DNA of 64,000 bases from Methanobacteriota archaeon. GTDB taxonomy: Archaea; Thermoplasmatota; Thermoplasmata; Thermoplasmatales; ARK-15. Positions 10,026-18,491 of the stretch are shown here, in pieces; positions within the stretch are counted from its first letter, which is position 1; each line of letters begins with the position of its first letter. A model generated the notes under the pieces. It did not search any database. It worked only from the letters and a program-made list of their open reading frames with translations, and was not told the origin of the DNA. The DNA is taken from contig WSBC01000032.1 in the NCBI GenBank assembly GCA_009758405.1, forward strand, positions 3,136 to 67,135. The letters are read 5' to 3'. The position numbers and the translations under genes are program-made.

Positions 10026-11441
10026 ATGTTTAATAAAAATCCTAACCTAAATAGAAAATTTATTTTACTCACAACATCCATTGCATCATTTATCACCCCC
10101 TTTACATCAACAGTTATTACATTTGCAGTCCCGGGCATAGGTAACGAATTTCATGCTAATTTTTACCTGGTTACCTGGATACCAATATCCTTCCTTGTTT
10201 CACTTACATCCCTTATGATCACAATAGGGAGGTTATCAGACATATTCGGAAGAGCACTATTCTTCCGTATAGGTTTTGTTATATTTGTAATTTCATCATT
10301 ATTAATTTATTTATCTAATAACATATATGAGTTAATAATATTTACCTTTATTGCCGGAATAGGAGCGGCCTTTGTAGGCACAAACTCAACCGCAATAGTC
10401 TCACACGTTTATCCAGATAAAAAAAGAGGTGGTGCTTTAGGAATTAATGCCATGTCTGTTTATCTTGGTCTTACACTTGCACCATTTTTAGGTGGAATGA
10501 TCATACAACTATATGGATGGAGGACTATCTTTATTTTAATAATAATTCTTTCAATATTAGCATTTTTGTTATCATTCATTACACTTAAAGGAATGAACTC
10601 AGGTAAAAAGTTGAAATTGGACAAGATAGGCATTATTACCTTCTCATCTTCTCTGTTTTTCATTACAACATATTTCTCAATGTCTGAGTTTATAGATTTT
10701 TATTTTTCAATAATGTTAATATTATCAGGATTAATATTATTTTTTATTTTTATATGGCATGAATTTAGGATAGATTATCCCCTCATAGATTTTAAAATTT
10801 TTAAAAAAAGCAGAACATTTACATTCTCAAATATATCTGCTTTCCTTAATTATCTTAGCACATTCTCTATAGTATTCATATTTTCTCTTTACCTTCAGGT
10901 TTTAAAGGGTATTAGCCCATTTCAAGCAGGGCTAATACTTTCAGTTGAGCCTATTCTTATGGTGGCCATTTCGCCTATTTCAGGTAGGCTTTCAGACCGT
11001 TATGGATCCAGGGAAATTGCGGCAATTGGAACTAGTGTGATAGGTATAGGTTTTATAATGCTTTATATTTTTAATTTATCAAATACTTTAAACATAATTA
11101 TGTCACTTTCCATAATTGGAATAGGCTTTGGTCTTTTTACAGCACCAAACACAAACTCTGTAATGGGATCTGTTGAAAAGAAGGATCTTTCCCTTGCATC
11201 CGGGATTCTTGGCACTGTAAGGTTCACTGGACAGATTTTCAGCATAGTTATCTCAAGCATTATAATTTCAAGAGCGGTTCCCAGGAAAGAGCTTATATTA
11301 ATGTTTGCCGGGTATATGGGGAGTTTTGGATATATTAATCCCTTGGATTTTACGTCAGCCGTTAAATCGGTGGTACTAATTTCATCGATATTGAGTTTTC
11401 TTGCATCTTTCACCTCTCTAATGAAAAATAGAGGGGAATAA
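10026..11441 (+). CDS. MFS transporter, DHA2-like
   Basis: 471 aa, about 14 TM. GRLSDIFGRALFF and GRLSDRYGSREI motifs. Confidence 0.8.
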   Translation: MFNKNPNLNRKFILLTTSIASFITPFTSTVITFAVPGIGNEFHANFYLVTWIPISFLVSLTSLMITIGRLSDIFGRALFFRIGFVIFVISSLLIYLSNNIYELIIFTFIAGIGAAFVGTNSTAIVSHVYPDKKRGGALGINAMSVYLGLTLAPFLGGMIIQLYGWRTIFILIIILSILAFLLSFITLKGMNSGKKLKLDKIGIITFSSSLFFITTYFSMSEFIDFYFSIMLILSGLILFFIFIWHEFRIDYPLIDFKIFKKSRTFTFSNISAFLNYLSTFSIVFIFSLYLQVLKGISPFQAGLILSVEPILMVAISPISGRLSDRYGSREIAAIGTSVIGIGFIMLYIFNLSNTLNIIMSLSIIGIGFGLFTAPNTNSVMGSVEKKDLSLASGILGTVRFTGQIFSIVISSIIISRAVPRKELILMFAGYMGSFGYINPLDFTSAVKSVVLISSILSFLASFTSLMKNRGE

Positions 11442-11472
11442 TTTTTATTTAAAAAACCATGGAGGTAAAGGA

Positions 11473-12366
11473 ATGAAAATAAATGCAATTAAACTCACAA
11501 AGAATTACGAAGGAAGAAATCTGGCTCTTGACAATGTATCCTTTGAGGTATCAATGAACGGTATGCTTGCAATCATAGGAAAAAATGGTGCAGGAAAGAC
11601 TACACTTGTAAGAATTCTTGCCACAGAGCTTTTACCTACAAGTGGTACGGCCTATATAAACGATATTGACGTTATTCATAATGCCAAGGATGTTAGAGAG
11701 CTAATAGCAGTTGTCCCTCAAGAGGCGAGGGCAGTTCCTTGGTTAACACCGCTTCAGACTGTTTCCTCCTATTTAATGTGGCGCGGTTTATCATATAGAG
11801 AATCAAGGGAAAGAGGGAAGGAGGTGTTAAGGACACTCGGTTTAGAAAATGTGGAAAATGAAAAAAACAGGAAATTGTCGGGTGGAATGAAAAGGAAGGT
11901 TCTTGTTGCAACAGTCATATCAAGTGATGCACCTATAATTTTCTTAGATGAACCTACCACGGGATTGGACTATATTTCAAGGAAGGAGCTATGGGAAATA
12001 CTTAATTCAATGAAATACAATAGACTTATAATTCTTACTACACATTACCTTGAAGAGGCAGAGGTACTTGGAGATAAAATAGGCATACTTGATAAAGGAA
12101 AGCTTCTAGCGTTTGGATCTATGGATGAGCTAAGAAGAATCGTAAAGTATCCATTTATAATTAAGATCTCTGGAGATGTTAAGATCAATTCAATAGATGG
12201 TTATATTAAAAGGCTTTCTAATGGAGACGTACAGATATTTTCAACGGAAAGGGAGATATTCAAACTAGCTCAGGAGCTGCTTGAGGGAAAGATAAAATTT
12301 ACAGTTCAGGAGGTATCTCTAAACAATATATTTGAATTTCTTGTAGAAGGGGGTGTTGAAGATTAG
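11473..12366 (+). CDS. ABC transporter ATP-binding protein (ABC-2 type)
   Basis: Walker A GKNGAGKTT, signature LSGGMKRK, Walker B IIFLDEPTTGLD. GGAGGT Shine-Dalgarno lies 6 nt upstream of the ATG. Confidence 0.9.
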   Translation: MKINAIKLTKNYEGRNLALDNVSFEVSMNGMLAIIGKNGAGKTTLVRILATELLPTSGTAYINDIDVIHNAKDVRELIAVVPQEARAVPWLTPLQTVSSYLMWRGLSYRESRERGKEVLRTLGLENVENEKNRKLSGGMKRKVLVATVISSDAPIIFLDEPTTGLDYISRKELWEILNSMKYNRLIILTTHYLEEAEVLGDKIGILDKGKLLAFGSMDELRRIVKYPFIIKISGDVKINSIDGYIKRLSNGDVQIFSTEREIFKLAQELLEGKIKFTVQEVSLNNIFEFLVEGGVED

Positions 12367-13102
12367 CAGAATATTTAATCAATTAATGGCATCAATACTT
12401 GTTAATTCAATATATGCAATGGTGAATTATCCAGTTGTTATGATAAATACATTGCTTGCACCTTTGTCAATATTGGCAGTTGTAACATTTGCCAGTCATG
12501 GATCACTTTTGCCAATAGGGGCGCTTGGTGCATTAATTATGAACATGGTTCAGAGTGGTATATCAATACAGGGTGACCTTTCGCACCTTAAAAATGATAT
12601 GAAGTTACAGGATATGGTGGTGAGCTCCCCCACCAGTGCTGGCATTTACATATTTGGAATGGCGATTTCAGAGATAGTATATTCAATACCTACACTAACG
12701 TTACTCCTTATTCTAAACTTTCTTTTTGTTAAAGCCTCTTTATTTGCCTGGTTTTTAATATTCATTGATATGGCCACAATATTTACATTTTCAATTGCCC
12801 TTGGTTTCCTTCTTTCCACATTCTCTTCAGATATTGTACAGAGCTGGGCATTTGCAGGGATACTTTCACCACTGCTCTCTACGATACCCCCTGTATATTA
12901 TCCAATAACATTCATACCTTTACCATACAGGTATATTTCATATCTTTCACCCACTACATATGCTGCTGAGATAGCCCAAAGTCTGGCGGGTTATGTACCT
13001 GTTAATATTTATGAATTTATAATGCTCTGGATTGTTTTGATTGGTATTACCGTCCTGATATTCTTTCTTGCATTGAAAAAATCAAGATGGAGGGAGGTTT
13101 AG
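12353..13102 (+). CDS. ABC-2 type transporter permease
   Basis: 249 aa, about 6 TM. Overlaps the upstream ATPase gene by 14 nt (operon partner). Confidence 0.7.
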   Translation: MLKISRIFNQLMASILVNSIYAMVNYPVVMINTLLAPLSILAVVTFASHGSLLPIGALGALIMNMVQSGISIQGDLSHLKNDMKLQDMVVSSPTSAGIYIFGMAISEIVYSIPTLTLLLILNFLFVKASLFAWFLIFIDMATIFTFSIALGFLLSTFSSDIVQSWAFAGILSPLLSTIPPVYYPITFIPLPYRYISYLSPTTYAAEIAQSLAGYVPVNIYEFIMLWIVLIGITVLIFFLALKKSRWREV

Positions 13103-14640
13103 AGGAAAAGCTTCTGTACGCTTCTGTCTATATCAATTACCAACACCTTTGCAATATTTCCCTCTACAAGCCAGTCTAGTTCCTTCAAATCACCTGTTGC
13201 AGTCTCACTCTCTATCCCAAAGGAGGAGGCAATCTTCTCAATATCAAGGTGAAATAGAAATCCAGGAAAATCCTCCATTTCAGGATAGTAGCTTTTTGCA
13301 TAGCTCCTAAGGATACTGTATGCATCGTTCCTAAGAACTATAAACTTTGCCGGTAGGTTATATCTTTTTGCAGTCCAAAGTGCTTGAACTGTATACATGA
13401 ATGATCCATCTCCCTCAACCGCAAGTACATTATTACTCTCCATGGATATACCTAGGGCAGCAGGTGTTGCCCAACCAAGCTGGCCACTTCTTGCAGTAAA
13501 ATATCTCCTTCTTGAATATCCAAATATATACCTCAGGGTGGTGGAGGCTGATATTGATTCATCAACAATAATATGTTCAGGAAAACGCCTCTTTACATTA
13601 TAAAGAACAAAGTTTAGTCCCATGCTTGCTCTTTCCCTTGCTATCTTGCCTGCCAATGAAAGGTCCTTTTCTCTTTTGAAGTTGCATTTTTTGTTTATCT
13701 TCCTTAAAATTTCACTTAGAAATGCCTTTGGATTCATAAAGTAAAAATCACCTATCTTTGGATTAATATTCAATCCAACAAAAATAAGCTCCTTGCCTGG
13801 TAAGATGGGTGATGGAAGATATGGATAAAGTGTAATATCAGCACCCACAAAAAGGATTAGATCGTGCTGTAATAATTTCATGTTTATGAGAGTGCTTCCA
13901 GGCAAAAGATCACCAGCATAGTGTGGATCCTCAGATATGAATGGTGCCCTGGATGAAAGGGGCTCGCCATAAACGGGGCATCCAAGAGCTGAAGCAAATT
14001 GCTCTGCCTCCTTGAATGCATCATATATGTCTATTTCAAAGCCAAATACAATTGCTGGATTTTTTGCATTCATTATCCTTTCTGCTATTTGTTCTATTGA
14101 ATCAATGTCCACAAGGGAAGAGGGTACAATATGATCTTTGAATTCATAATAGTTTACATCATAATCCATAAAGTTTTCAGGAATTGAAATAAATACAGGA
14201 CCCATAGGCGGTGTTAATGCTTGCATTTTAGCCTTTTTAAGTGCTATTGGTATATCATCCGGATTTTTTATTTCATACTTAAATTTGACGGAATCGGCTA
14301 CCACAGATGTTAAATCCCAATAGAGTAATGGATCGTAAACCATATGCCTAGTATCCTGTTGCCCTGCAGTTATTATAATTGGCGATCTGTTTATTTTTGC
14401 AGTATAAATAAAGGCCATAGAATTTGCAAGCCCTGGAAGATCATGGAGATTAACCATTCTCGGTATACCTGAATACTGGGTTAGACCATCTGCCATTCCT
14501 ACGGAGATTGAGTCATGAAGTGTAAGTATGTATTTTTCAATACCCCTGAGTAAACCCACTTCAGTGCTACCTGGGTTACCAAAAACAGGAAAAAGCCCAA
14601 GTTTTTCAATGGATTTCCTAAATACCTCATTACCCTTCAT
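13099..14640 (-). CDS. Thiamine-diphosphate enzyme, benzoylformate-decarboxylase-like
   Basis: N-terminal VFGNPGSTE and ITAGQQDTRH closely resemble BFD. ThDP motif EGDGSFMYTVQALWTAKRYNLPAKFIVLRND. Confidence 0.8.
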   Translation of the reverse strand: MKGNEVFRKSIEKLGLFPVFGNPGSTEVGLLRGIEKYILTLHDSISVGMADGLTQYSGIPRMVNLHDLPGLANSMAFIYTAKINRSPIIITAGQQDTRHMVYDPLLYWDLTSVVADSVKFKYEIKNPDDIPIALKKAKMQALTPPMGPVFISIPENFMDYDVNYYEFKDHIVPSSLVDIDSIEQIAERIMNAKNPAIVFGFEIDIYDAFKEAEQFASALGCPVYGEPLSSRAPFISEDPHYAGDLLPGSTLINMKLLQHDLILFVGADITLYPYLPSPILPGKELIFVGLNINPKIGDFYFMNPKAFLSEILRKINKKCNFKREKDLSLAGKIARERASMGLNFVLYNVKRRFPEHIIVDESISASTTLRYIFGYSRRRYFTARSGQLGWATPAALGISMESNNVLAVEGDGSFMYTVQALWTAKRYNLPAKFIVLRNDAYSILRSYAKSYYPEMEDFPGFLFHLDIEKIASSFGIESETATGDLKELDWLVEGNIAKVLVIDIDRSVQKLFL

Positions 14641-15570
14641 TTATAACACCCTATAAAGTGGCTCAAGACCCTGTATATATCTTAAAACATTTGCTATTGT
14701 TTCTGTAAGGAACCTTTGCTGGCTTTCTATTGTAACACCTGCAATGTGAGGTGAAAATATTGTATTTTCAAGCTTGAATAGTTCTGAGGTGAAATCTGGG
14801 GGTTCTTTGGGATAAACATCTATCCCTGCTCTCAAACCCTTCCTTTTTATTGCATTTATCAATGCATTTTCATCTACGATCTCAGCCCTGGATGTATTAA
14901 TAAAGATTGCACCATCCTTCATTAAAGAAAACTCTCTCTCTTTAAACATTTTTCTCGTGTTTTCATTTAAAGGAAGATGCAGGGAGATTATATCAGATAT
15001 TTTTAATAATTCATCAAATTCCATAAAAGTAACACCCAATTTTTCTTCCTCTTCCCTTGATAGTCTTTTTACATCATAATAAACTATATTGGGATTAAAA
15101 GAGAGAAGACGGATTGCAAGCTGTTTTCCGATCATTCCCATACCAACAATGCCGAATGTTTTCCCTTCAAGATCCCTTGAACCAGTCAATACAGGCCAAT
15201 GACCACTTCTTAGTATCTGGTCCATAGTAAATAGATCTTTTAAAAAGGCAAGAACCATTGCTATAACATGCTCAGCAACACTTTGTTTATTTGCAACAGG
15301 TATGTTTGAAAGTATTATCCCCTTTTCCTTCAAATATTCAACATCAACATTATCATATCCGGTGCTTGCTACTTGAACAAACTTTAAGTTAGGTAGCCTT
15401 TGTACCAATGATCTGTCTACAGGGGTAAATGTTGTTACTATTAGCACATCCGCATCATCCCTTTCAAATGAGGCATCTGTTCTTACCTCAGTCCCTGGTA
15501 AAATCTGAGAAACAGTATTCTTAACATCCTCCAAAGGTATAAATTCTGGTAAAATAGCTAAAACCCTCAT
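14641..15570 (-). CDS. D-isomer-specific 2-hydroxyacid dehydrogenase
   Basis: NAD motif GIVGMGMIGKQLA, SLHLPLNENT, FINTSRAEIVD, and catalytic-region SPHIAG. Confidence 0.85.
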   Translation of the reverse strand: MRVLAILPEFIPLEDVKNTVSQILPGTEVRTDASFERDDADVLIVTTFTPVDRSLVQRLPNLKFVQVASTGYDNVDVEYLKEKGIILSNIPVANKQSVAEHVIAMVLAFLKDLFTMDQILRSGHWPVLTGSRDLEGKTFGIVGMGMIGKQLAIRLLSFNPNIVYYDVKRLSREEEEKLGVTFMEFDELLKISDIISLHLPLNENTRKMFKEREFSLMKDGAIFINTSRAEIVDENALINAIKRKGLRAGIDVYPKEPPDFTSELFKLENTIFSPHIAGVTIESQQRFLTETIANVLRYIQGLEPLYRVL

Positions 15571-15609
15571 AAATTATGATTCAATAAATGATATTTAATC
15601 TTTTCTAGA

Positions 15610-15682
15610 TGCGGGTGCCGGGATTTGAACCCGGGGCGGAGCCGTGGCAGGGCTCAGTGTTACCAAACTACACCACACCCGC
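15610..15682 (-). tRNA. tRNA-Gly (anticodon GCC)
   Basis: A GC-rich island in AT-rich DNA. The reverse complement folds as a cloverleaf. Acceptor stem is GCGGGTG/CACCCGC and D stem GTGT/ACAC. Anticodon stem is GAGCC/GGCTC with loop CTGCCAC. T arm is CCGGG-TTCAAAT-CCCGG. CCA is not encoded. Confidence 0.9.
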
Positions 15683-15703
15683 TCAAATCTTTAATACAAA
15701 AGG

Positions 15704-15712
15704 TATTTAAAT
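15704..15712 (-). promoter_or_regulatory. Putative TATA box of tRNA-Gly
   Basis: Minus-strand TTTAAATA is centred about 26 nt upstream of the tRNA 5' end, the canonical archaeal TATA distance. Confidence 0.4.
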
Positions 15713-15746
15713 AATTTTTTAAAGAAATCAGAATAAGAATAAAAAT

Positions 15747-15755
15747 TTTTACGTA
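15747..15755. repeat. Direct repeat TTTTACGTA (copy 1) flanking the tnpB element
   Basis: Exact 9-mer is shared with 16998-17006. Confidence 0.5.
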
Positions 15756-15770
15756 GGCTTTGTAGAAATC

Positions 15771-16951
15771 CTATCTAAGGATCCTACTTACCATCATCTG
15801 CTCCCCATCTTTTGACTGGATCATTGCTTCACTTGATGGTCCTTTTAGCCCTTCATTGGGCTGGGATCGTTTCAGCCATGTCCGACCCCTTTTCGATATA
15901 TTTATTGATGCATTTATATCCCTGTCTATGGTTAGACCACATTTATCACAGTGAAGGATCCTCCCATGTTCTATTTAGACAATGACACACATACCGAACA
16001 GGTCCTGCTTGTATTCCTTGTATCTTTCCTTGATAGCTCTATCACTGGTAAACCTTCCCACGCACATTTATATTTGATCTGGAACTCTAATTTGCCATAT
16101 GGGAATGCATTGTTGAAAAGGAATCTATAATCCTTACCCTTGTAATCCCCCTTCTTTGTTATATTCCTAATTCCCTTAATGTTTTCAAGGACTATTGCCT
16201 CATTGTTTTTTATTGCATCTTTTACAATATCCTTGCTTATTTTATGCAATATCTGATTTACCCTGCTACTTGACCTCCTACCATACTTCTCCTCTATCTT
16301 CTTCCTTATTCTATTGTCATTCCTCTTGAAATGTGATACCTTTTTCCTGTACCTATTCTTTATCTTTACCACCTCAGATACATCATATCTTTTGTAGTGA
16401 TACTCATTTCCCACAGTTATATTTCTTATGTTTCTATCAACACCAACTGTATTATTGCACTCAATTAATGATACCTCCTTTCCTATTGTTAATGATAATC
16501 TACCTTCACTTATTGTAAATGATCTAACTTCAACATTAGATATTTTCCCTCGCACATAATTGTTCAATTCTATTTTTTCATAGGATCTTCTATATTTTTC
16601 ATTGGAGGTGGGTATAATGAGATATTCTCCATCTATTTTGAATCCATAATAGGATGAAAGTGTCAATTTACCTACCCTGGGTTTCGAGACCTTTTGTCCC
16701 TTCCTCAACCTCTTCCTGTAGTTTTTAACAAGGGCAATGGCTTTGTTTATGATTTCCACATAATAATATGATGGAAGGTTATATCTTGAGATTATTTTAT
16801 ATGCTTCATTTGATAAAGAATTTCTTGAGGTTATATTCTTTTCAATTGCTATATCAATGCATAAATTGATGGCATCAATATACCTTTTCATAAGATCCTT
16901 GATAAGAGGGGAAGGTGAATATGGCTGTGTAACAGATTTAAATGCGAGCAT
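15771..16951 (-). pseudogene. tnpB: TnpB/OrfB-like RNA-guided endonuclease, interrupted by a frameshift in the zinc-ribbon region
   Basis: ORF 16951..15971 carries RuvC-I (VGVDRN) and RuvC-II (AIVLENIKG) and ends ...TSRTCSVCVSLSK*. A different frame (15974..15771) continues EHGRILHCDKCGLTIDRDINASINISKRG, which is the second CxxC plus RuvC-III. Confidence 0.75.
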
Positions 16952-16997
16952 TACAAGAATATTATTTAAAACACAAATATAAGGATTTTTACCAGGC

Positions 16998-17006
16998 TTT
17001 TACGTA
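16998..17006. repeat. Direct repeat TTTTACGTA (copy 2) flanking the tnpB element
   Basis: Exact 9-mer is shared with 15747-15755. Confidence 0.5.
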
Positions 17007-17041
17007 AAAAATTTATTATAGCAGAGACTAAGGGTAAAATA

Positions 17042-17818
17042 ATGGATATAGAGGGACGAATAGCAGATACACTTACAAAGATATATGAGAAAAAGCTTTT
17101 AGACATAGTTAAAAATGGAAAGATGCCAGAGCATGTGGCAGTAATAATGGATGGTAATAGGAGATATGCGATGGATCTCGGACTTGATCCAATACAGGGC
17201 CATTATATGGGAAAGGAGAAGCTTTATGAATTTCTTAATTGGTGCATTGAATTAAAGATAAAAGTGGTTACTGTATATGCATTTTCAACTGAGAATTTTA
17301 AAAGGTCATCAAGGGAAGTCGAGGCCTTAATGAAGCTTTTTGAAGAATCAATTGATAGGGAGATGAGGGAGGGAAGAATACACAGGGAAATGGTAAAGGT
17401 AAGAATAATAGGAAGAAGGGATCTACTCCCTGAAAATTTGAAGAAGAAGGTAGAGGAGATTGAGGAAGCGACAAAGAACTATAATAGATACATCCTTAAC
17501 CTAGCCATAGGATACGGTGGAAGGGAGGAGATACTTAAGGCCATAAGGGACATATCAAGGGAAGTCCTTGAAGGCAGGATTACGCCAGAGAAGATTGATG
17601 AAGAGGTGGTAAGGAAACATCTTTATACCGGTGATATACCGGATCCGGATCTAATTTTAAGGACATCTGGAGAGGAAAGAATATCAAATTTTTTACTATG
17701 GCAGATGGCATATTCGGAGCTTTATTTCGCAGATGTTTATTGGCCATCATTTTCAAAGATTGACTTCCTTAGGGCAATACTTTCATATCAAAGAAGGTCA
17801 AGGAGATATGGAACGTGA
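17042..17818 (+). CDS. uppS: Undecaprenyl/cis-prenyl diphosphate synthase
   Basis: VAVIMDGNRRYA, YAFSTENFKRS and RTSGEERISNFLLWQ motifs. Confidence 0.9.
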   Translation: MDIEGRIADTLTKIYEKKLLDIVKNGKMPEHVAVIMDGNRRYAMDLGLDPIQGHYMGKEKLYEFLNWCIELKIKVVTVYAFSTENFKRSSREVEALMKLFEESIDREMREGRIHREMVKVRIIGRRDLLPENLKKKVEEIEEATKNYNRYILNLAIGYGGREEILKAIRDISREVLEGRITPEKIDEEVVRKHLYTGDIPDPDLILRTSGEERISNFLLWQMAYSELYFADVYWPSFSKIDFLRAILSYQRRSRRYGT

Positions 17819-17855
17819 AAAGTATTTAATAAGGAAAATGCAATAATAGATATAA

Positions 17856-18491
17856 ATGAAGCCTACATATTATTTTAATGTCTTCGAACATAGGGGAAGC
17901 CTTTATACAAAAAATCTTGTTAATGTATCTCATTTTGGTGAAAAGATATTAAGAATTGGCGGTATTGAATACAGACATTGGGATCCATATAGAAGCAAAC
18001 TATCCGCATCAATTAAAAAGGGGCTGAAAAATTTCCCATTTGAAGAAAATTCAAGGATCCTTTATCTGGGGGCTTCCTTTGGAAATACCGTTTCTTTCCT
18101 TTCAGATATATGTACATCAGGAAAAATATTTGCCATAGAAATATCATACAGGCCCTTTTCTTCACTTCTTGAGATTTCAAAGATTAGAAAAAACATATTT
18201 CCAATATTTGATGATGCCTCATATCCTGAAAATTATGCCTACCTTTTAGAAGAAATAGATATATTATATCAGGATATTGCTCAAAAAAATCAGGTTGATA
18301 TTTTTTTAAAAAATGTGAGATTTTTTAAGCCAAAAATATCTTTTCTTGCATTAAAGACAAGAGCTATAGATGCATTTTCACAACCTGAAGATGTTATGAG
18401 GAGGGAAAGAAAAAAGATAGATGGTGTTATTGAAACAATAAAACTCGATCCATATTCCATAGGGCATTATATGATGGTGGTGAAACATTGA
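17856..18491 (+). CDS. flpA: Fibrillarin-like 2'-O-methyltransferase (divergent SAM loop)
   Basis: Collinear with archaeal fibrillarin: YRHWDPYRSKLSA, ILYLGASFGNTVSFLSDI, NIFPIFDDASYPENY, LYQDIAQKNQ, LKTRAIDA. Confidence 0.8.
   Translation: MKPTYYFNVFEHRGSLYTKNLVNVSHFGEKILRIGGIEYRHWDPYRSKLSASIKKGLKNFPFEENSRILYLGASFGNTVSFLSDICTSGKIFAIEISYRPFSSLLEISKIRKNIFPIFDDASYPENYAYLLEEIDILYQDIAQKNQVDIFLKNVRFFKPKISFLALKTRAIDAFSQPEDVMRRERKKIDGVIETIKLDPYSIGHYMMVVKH

Larger units (their letters stand above)
15747..17006 (-). mobile_element. Solo tnpB-type IS200/IS605-family (IS1341-like) element, no tnpA
   Basis: A TnpB-like gene is bracketed by the 9-bp direct repeat TTTTACGTA (15747-15755, 16998-17006), with GGCTTT just inside both copies. 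A subterminal imperfect hairpin lies at 15762-15787. Confidence 0.55.

Noticed and set aside
15610-15760. tRNA-Gly as the attachment site of an integrated element.
   Set aside because: The tRNA is complete, no partial tRNA duplicate was seen, and no integrase is present. The neighbouring element is a tnpB-type IS lying upstream of the tRNA, not within it.
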